From assembly GCF_964188315.1 (NCBI RefSeq), contig NC_135664.1, positions 75,020,001 to 75,084,000 of the forward strand: a stretch of DNA of 64,000 bases. Direction: 5' to 3'. The notes under the pieces are model-generated. The model saw nothing but the letters and a program-made list of their open reading frames with translations, was not told the DNA's origin and made no database searches. Each line of letters starts with the position of its first letter. Position 1 is the stretch's first letter. The stretch comes from Podarcis muralis. Lineage: Eukaryota. The translations under genes and the position numbers were made by a program. Of this stretch, positions 60,453 to 64,000 are shown one piece after another.

Positions 60453-60614
60453 ACAGAAGGGGAGTCTTGGTTGTACCAATTGTCTCTCCGTTGTATCGGT
60501 CCAGCGCCCCCCTGCCCTCGTCTTTCCAAATACAAAGCCCACCCATGTAGTTTTGCTTCTGGACGTGCACCAAGCTTGCTCTTTTTGGGGACCTGCAGGT
60601 GCCAACCCATAATA

Positions 60615-60970
60615 TACGCCTGTGATGCATTACTTGACAGCTGCAACCATTCCTGCATCAGGAAAGTCTGGCTGCAGCAGTTTGTGCCTTGCTTACTTCA
60701 AGGCTGGATTACTGCAATGCGCTCCACACGGGGCTTGCTTTGTGCTTGATCTAGGATGCTGCAGCACGATTGCTGATGGCCACGAGGCCTTGTTAGCATA
60801 TAAGACCTGCACCCACTTGCTATCAGGACAGGTTCAAGGTGTTACTATTAATATATAAAGCCCTTAACAACTTGGGACCAGTTTACCTGCGAGATGGCCT
60901 TGCCCCACATGTGCCCACTTGTGTAGATTGGTAGAACTGGCACTGCTACTGGTATCGCATGATACCCATT
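60615..60970 (+). mobile_element. Old L2 fragment
   Basis: ggctggattactgcaatgcg..FKVLLLIYKALNNLGPVYLRDGLAPHVPT..ELALLLV. Confidence 0.75.
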
Positions 60971-61484
60971 TATATATCTTTGGAACTCCCCGCCTATTGA
61001 TCACAGGCAGGTGCCTTCACTGTATGCCTGCTAAAAACTGTTTAGACAAGCCTACCCCATTGCTTAGAAAGTTGGTGTAAGTTTTCACCTGTTTTTAGTC
61101 TATGCTTATCTCGAATGTCTGGAATTATTGCTGACAACTGATAAGTTTAGTATCCTTTTTTGCAAACCGCTCTGAGGTTTTCTGACAATCAAGTAGGGTG
61201 TACATTTTATGAAATAAAAAAAGACCCCACTCCTCCTGCCCCTGCCTTTCCGAACCCCAGGGAACACTCTCCCAAATATAATATAGCCATTTATCTCCTC
61301 TTCTCAACAACCTCTCCATGACAATATTGTATTAAGGGGGGTTGGACTAGATACGCCCCTGGAGTCCCCTGCAACTCTACCATTCTGTGATTCTATGGTG
61401 TCTGCTGTGGGTGATCTATCCAGAACTCCATCCCCACCACCCTCACATCCCAAGCCCCAAACGGATGCAAAACATTTGACTCAC

Positions 61485-61535
61485 CTCCCTGGTAATCGTA
61501 GAGGGCTCGAGCACACAGCCCTGCCTGGCTCGCTC
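61485..61535 (-). CDS. HCLS1: Penultimate coding exon (51 nt, phase 1-1) of the HCLS1-like gene, SH3 N-terminus
   Basis: cttcttcccttgcag|GAGCGAGC..TACGATTACCAGGGAG|gtgagt encodes ASQAGLCARALYDYQG and splices in frame to the 59873 exon. Confidence 0.85.
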
Positions 61536-61697
61536 CTGCAAGGGAAGAAGGTGGGGTAAGCTAACTTGCAGCAAGCATGGAAGGACACCCCAGGCACTTA
61601 CCTGGCCAGGTGCATTCAAAGGCAGCCCTCCATTTGCCCCCCCCCACCTCAGCTGCACTGCTAACCTCTCTAGGTTAGATTATGGCAACGTATATTA

Positions 61698-62717
61698 CAT
61701 GGAGGCACAGATTGCAGCTATAACAAAGGCAGCATTTTTTTATCTCCGCCAAGCTAAGCAGTTGGCTCCTTACCTTTCTCGCCCTGACCTAGCCACTGTG
61801 ATCCATGCGACGGTCACCTCCAGACTGGATTATTGTAACTCGCTCTACGTGGGGCTGCCCTTGAGACTGACCCAGAAACTCCAGTGAGTGCAGAATGCTG
61901 CGGTGAGACTCCTTACGGGGTCCTCACCGTGGGATCACATTCACCCAGTGCTATACCAGCTGCACTGGCTCCCGGTGGAGTACAGAGTCAGGTTTAAGGT
62001 GCTGGTTTTGATCTTTAAAGCCCTTCACGGCCTAGGACCCTCATACCAACGGGACCCACTCTCCTGGTATGTCCCATGGAGGACCTTATGGAGCCAGTGG
62101 GGTGTAGTGGTTAAGAGCAGTAGTCTCGTAATCTGGGGAACCGGGTTCGCTTCCCCGCTCCTCCACATGCAGCTGCTGGGTGACCTTGGGCTAGTCACAC
62201 TTCTCTGAAGTCTCTCAGCCCCACTCACCTCACAGAGGGTTTGTTGGGGGGGGGGAGGAAGGGAAAGGAGAATGTTAGCCGCTTTGAGACTCCTTCGGGT
62301 AGTGATAAAGCGGGATATCAAATTCAAACGCTTCTTCTTCTTCTTCAAACAAAAACATCTTGGAGGTCCCGGGCCACAGGGAGGTTAGGCTGGCCTCAAC
62401 CAGAGCCAGGGCTTTTTCGGCTGTGGCTCCAATCTGGTGGAACGCTCTGTCCCAAGAGACTAGGGCCCTGCGGGACTTGACATCTTTCCGCAGGGCCTGC
62501 AAGACGGAGCTGTTCCACCAGGCCTTTGGCCAAGGCACAGCCTGACCCCCTCCTTTCGTAATCCTCATAGAACTCTAGCCCAATGGTTGCACTAATTTGA
62601 TTTGAACTGATTTTATAATGAATTGGTTTTAGAATGCTGTATTATTTTACTGTTGTTAGCTGCTCTGAGCCTGGCTTCGGCTGGGGAGGGAGGGATATAA
62701 ATAAAATATTATTATTA
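61698..62717 (+). mobile_element. L2 LINE 3' portion, same family as 28730-29594, interrupted by a SINE
   Basis: MEAQIAAITKAAFFYLRQ..TSRLDYCNSLY..; (ATT) tail. Confidence 0.9.
62091..62346 (+). mobile_element. Squam3-type SINE nested in L2
   Basis: Same head, core and TTC tail as 17118; the L2 frame (RRTL / SSNKNILEVPG) resumes on both sides. Confidence 0.9.
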
Positions 62718-62719
62718 TG

Positions 62720-63140
62720 GGACTTGCCTCTGAAGACGATTTGGAAACTTCAGCTGGTACCGAATTCAGCAGCTACGCTGCTCATCAAGGCAAGATGGTT
62801 TGAGCATCTTACACCAATCCTGGCCCAGCTGCACTGGCTGCCAATTAGCTTCTGGGCCCAATCCAAAGTGCTGGTTTTGACCTATAAAGCCTTAAATAGC
62901 TCAGGACCGCAATATCTCAAGGACCGCCTCTTTCCATATGAACCTACCAGGACCCTGAGATCATCTTCTGAGGCCCTCATTCGTGTGCCTCCTCCTCGAG
63001 AGGTCTGGCGGGTGGCAACATGAAAACAGGACCTTCTCTGCAGTGGTTTCCCATCTGTGAAATGCTCTCCCCAGGGAAGTTCGCCTGGCGCCTTCATTGC
63101 CTATCTTTAGATGCTAGGCAAATAACGTTCCTCTTCAACC
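62720..63140 (+). mobile_element. Second L2-subfamily fragment
   Basis: LPLKTIWKLQLVPNSAATLL..LAQLHWLP..VLTYKALN..GPQYLKDRL. Confidence 0.8.
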
Positions 63141-63479
63141 AAGCCTTTGACTGATTAATATTCTGCAGCCTTTTAAATGTGTTTGTGGGACAGGTGAGGT
63201 TATAGTTTAGTTTTGTTCTTCTTTCTATGATGTGGGCTTTATTCCATCTTTTATTCCTTGTTCAACCACCCTGAGATCTTTGGATGAAGGGCAGCAAGCA
63301 AATATCCATGGGAAGAGCCACAGCTCAGTTGCAGAACACCTGCTCTGCATGCAGAAGTCCCACACCCAGTGCTTTTCCCTGGGGGTATGCAGGGGTACGC
63401 ATACCCCTAAACATTTTGTGAATCTAAGTTTGGTCTTAGTGAGGGGCAGTATTTCCTTACGAGCAGGGAAATGACAGGA

Positions 63480-63790
63480 TCCCTAAACATTCAGGCCAGA
63501 CACGGAGGTCCAGAGCCGAGGGCCTTCTGGCGGTTCCCTCCCTGCGAAAAGTGAGTTTACAGGGAACCAGGCAGAGGGCCTTCTCGGTGGTGGTGCCCAC
63601 CCTGTGGAACGCCCTCCCATCAGATGTTAGGGAGATAAAGAACTGCATAGCTTTCAGAAGACATCTGAAGGCAGCCCTGTTTAGGGAAGTTTTTAATGTC
63701 TGATTTTTTTTGTATTTTTAATATTTTGTTGGGAGCTGCCCAGAGTGGCTGGGGAAACCCAGCCAGATGGGTGGGGTACAAATAATTTAT
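63480..63790 (+). mobile_element. L2-type 3' end
   Basis: gagggccttctcggtggtggtgcccaccctgtggaacgccctcccatcag..gggagctgcccagagtggctggg. Confidence 0.75.
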
Positions 63791-63792
63791 TA

Positions 63793-63968
63793 CAGTGGTA
63801 CCTCCGGTTGCGGACAAGATCCGTTCTGGAGCTCCAGTAGGATCCCGAGGTTTTCGCAACCGAAAGTGCCTGTTCTGTGCATGTGCACGGCGTGGTAGAA
63901 ACCCAGAAAAATACTTCTGGGAATGTCGTGTGCGTATCCCGAAGGATACGTAACCAGAGGTGCGTGTG
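63793..63968. mobile_element. Degenerate Tc1/mariner MITE
   Basis: ta|cagtggtacctccggtt ... aaccagaggtgcgtgtg|ta. Confidence 0.6.
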
Positions 63969-63975
63969 TAAGTAG

Positions 63976-64000
63976 AGGTAAAGGTAAAGGGACCCCTGAC
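63976..64000 (-). mobile_element. Sauria SINE 3' tail, cut by the window edge
   Basis: aggtaaaggtaaagggacccctgac matches the start of 32630. Confidence 0.75.

Noticed and set aside
61602-61650. Possible extra HCLS1-like exon ending ggccag|gtaagt
   Set aside because: It would leave a 66 nt intron, and the translation (GKWRAAFECTWP) has no resemblance to the family.

Overview
Squamate reptile genomic DNA, probably a lacertid lizard (inferred from Sauria SINE, Squam3-type SINEs, BovB, CR1, L2 and Penelope repeats). The window holds a tandem cluster of single-coding-exon class II olfactory receptor (OR) genes on the + strand: a truncated pseudogene at the left edge and seven intact ORFs, here OR-A 8949, OR-B 14924, OR-C 23252, OR-D 31055, OR-E 37059, OR-F 46643 and OR-G 55862. 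The cluster ends at the last two coding exons of a convergent minus-strand cortactin/HS1-family (HCLS1-like) SH3 gene that the ORF track misses. A decayed Ty1/copia provirus with both LTRs, PBS, PPT and TSD lies at 1221-6055. The right half is built from ~9.6 kb tandem segmental duplications that each carry a 3.2 kb CR1 LINE and appear to have produced chimeric ORs. Most notable: (1) hammerhead ribozyme motifs in Penelope-like termini; (2) a 640 bp TSD-flanked composite in which inverted Penelope termini enclose a copy of a nearby intron segment; (3) a reconstructable history of OR chimera formation and CR1-associated deletion; (4) a paralogous promoter/5'UTR-exon module upstream of the ORs; (5) opposite-orientation MITEs at the same paralogous TA. 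All alignments and identities were estimated by eye; no searches were run.
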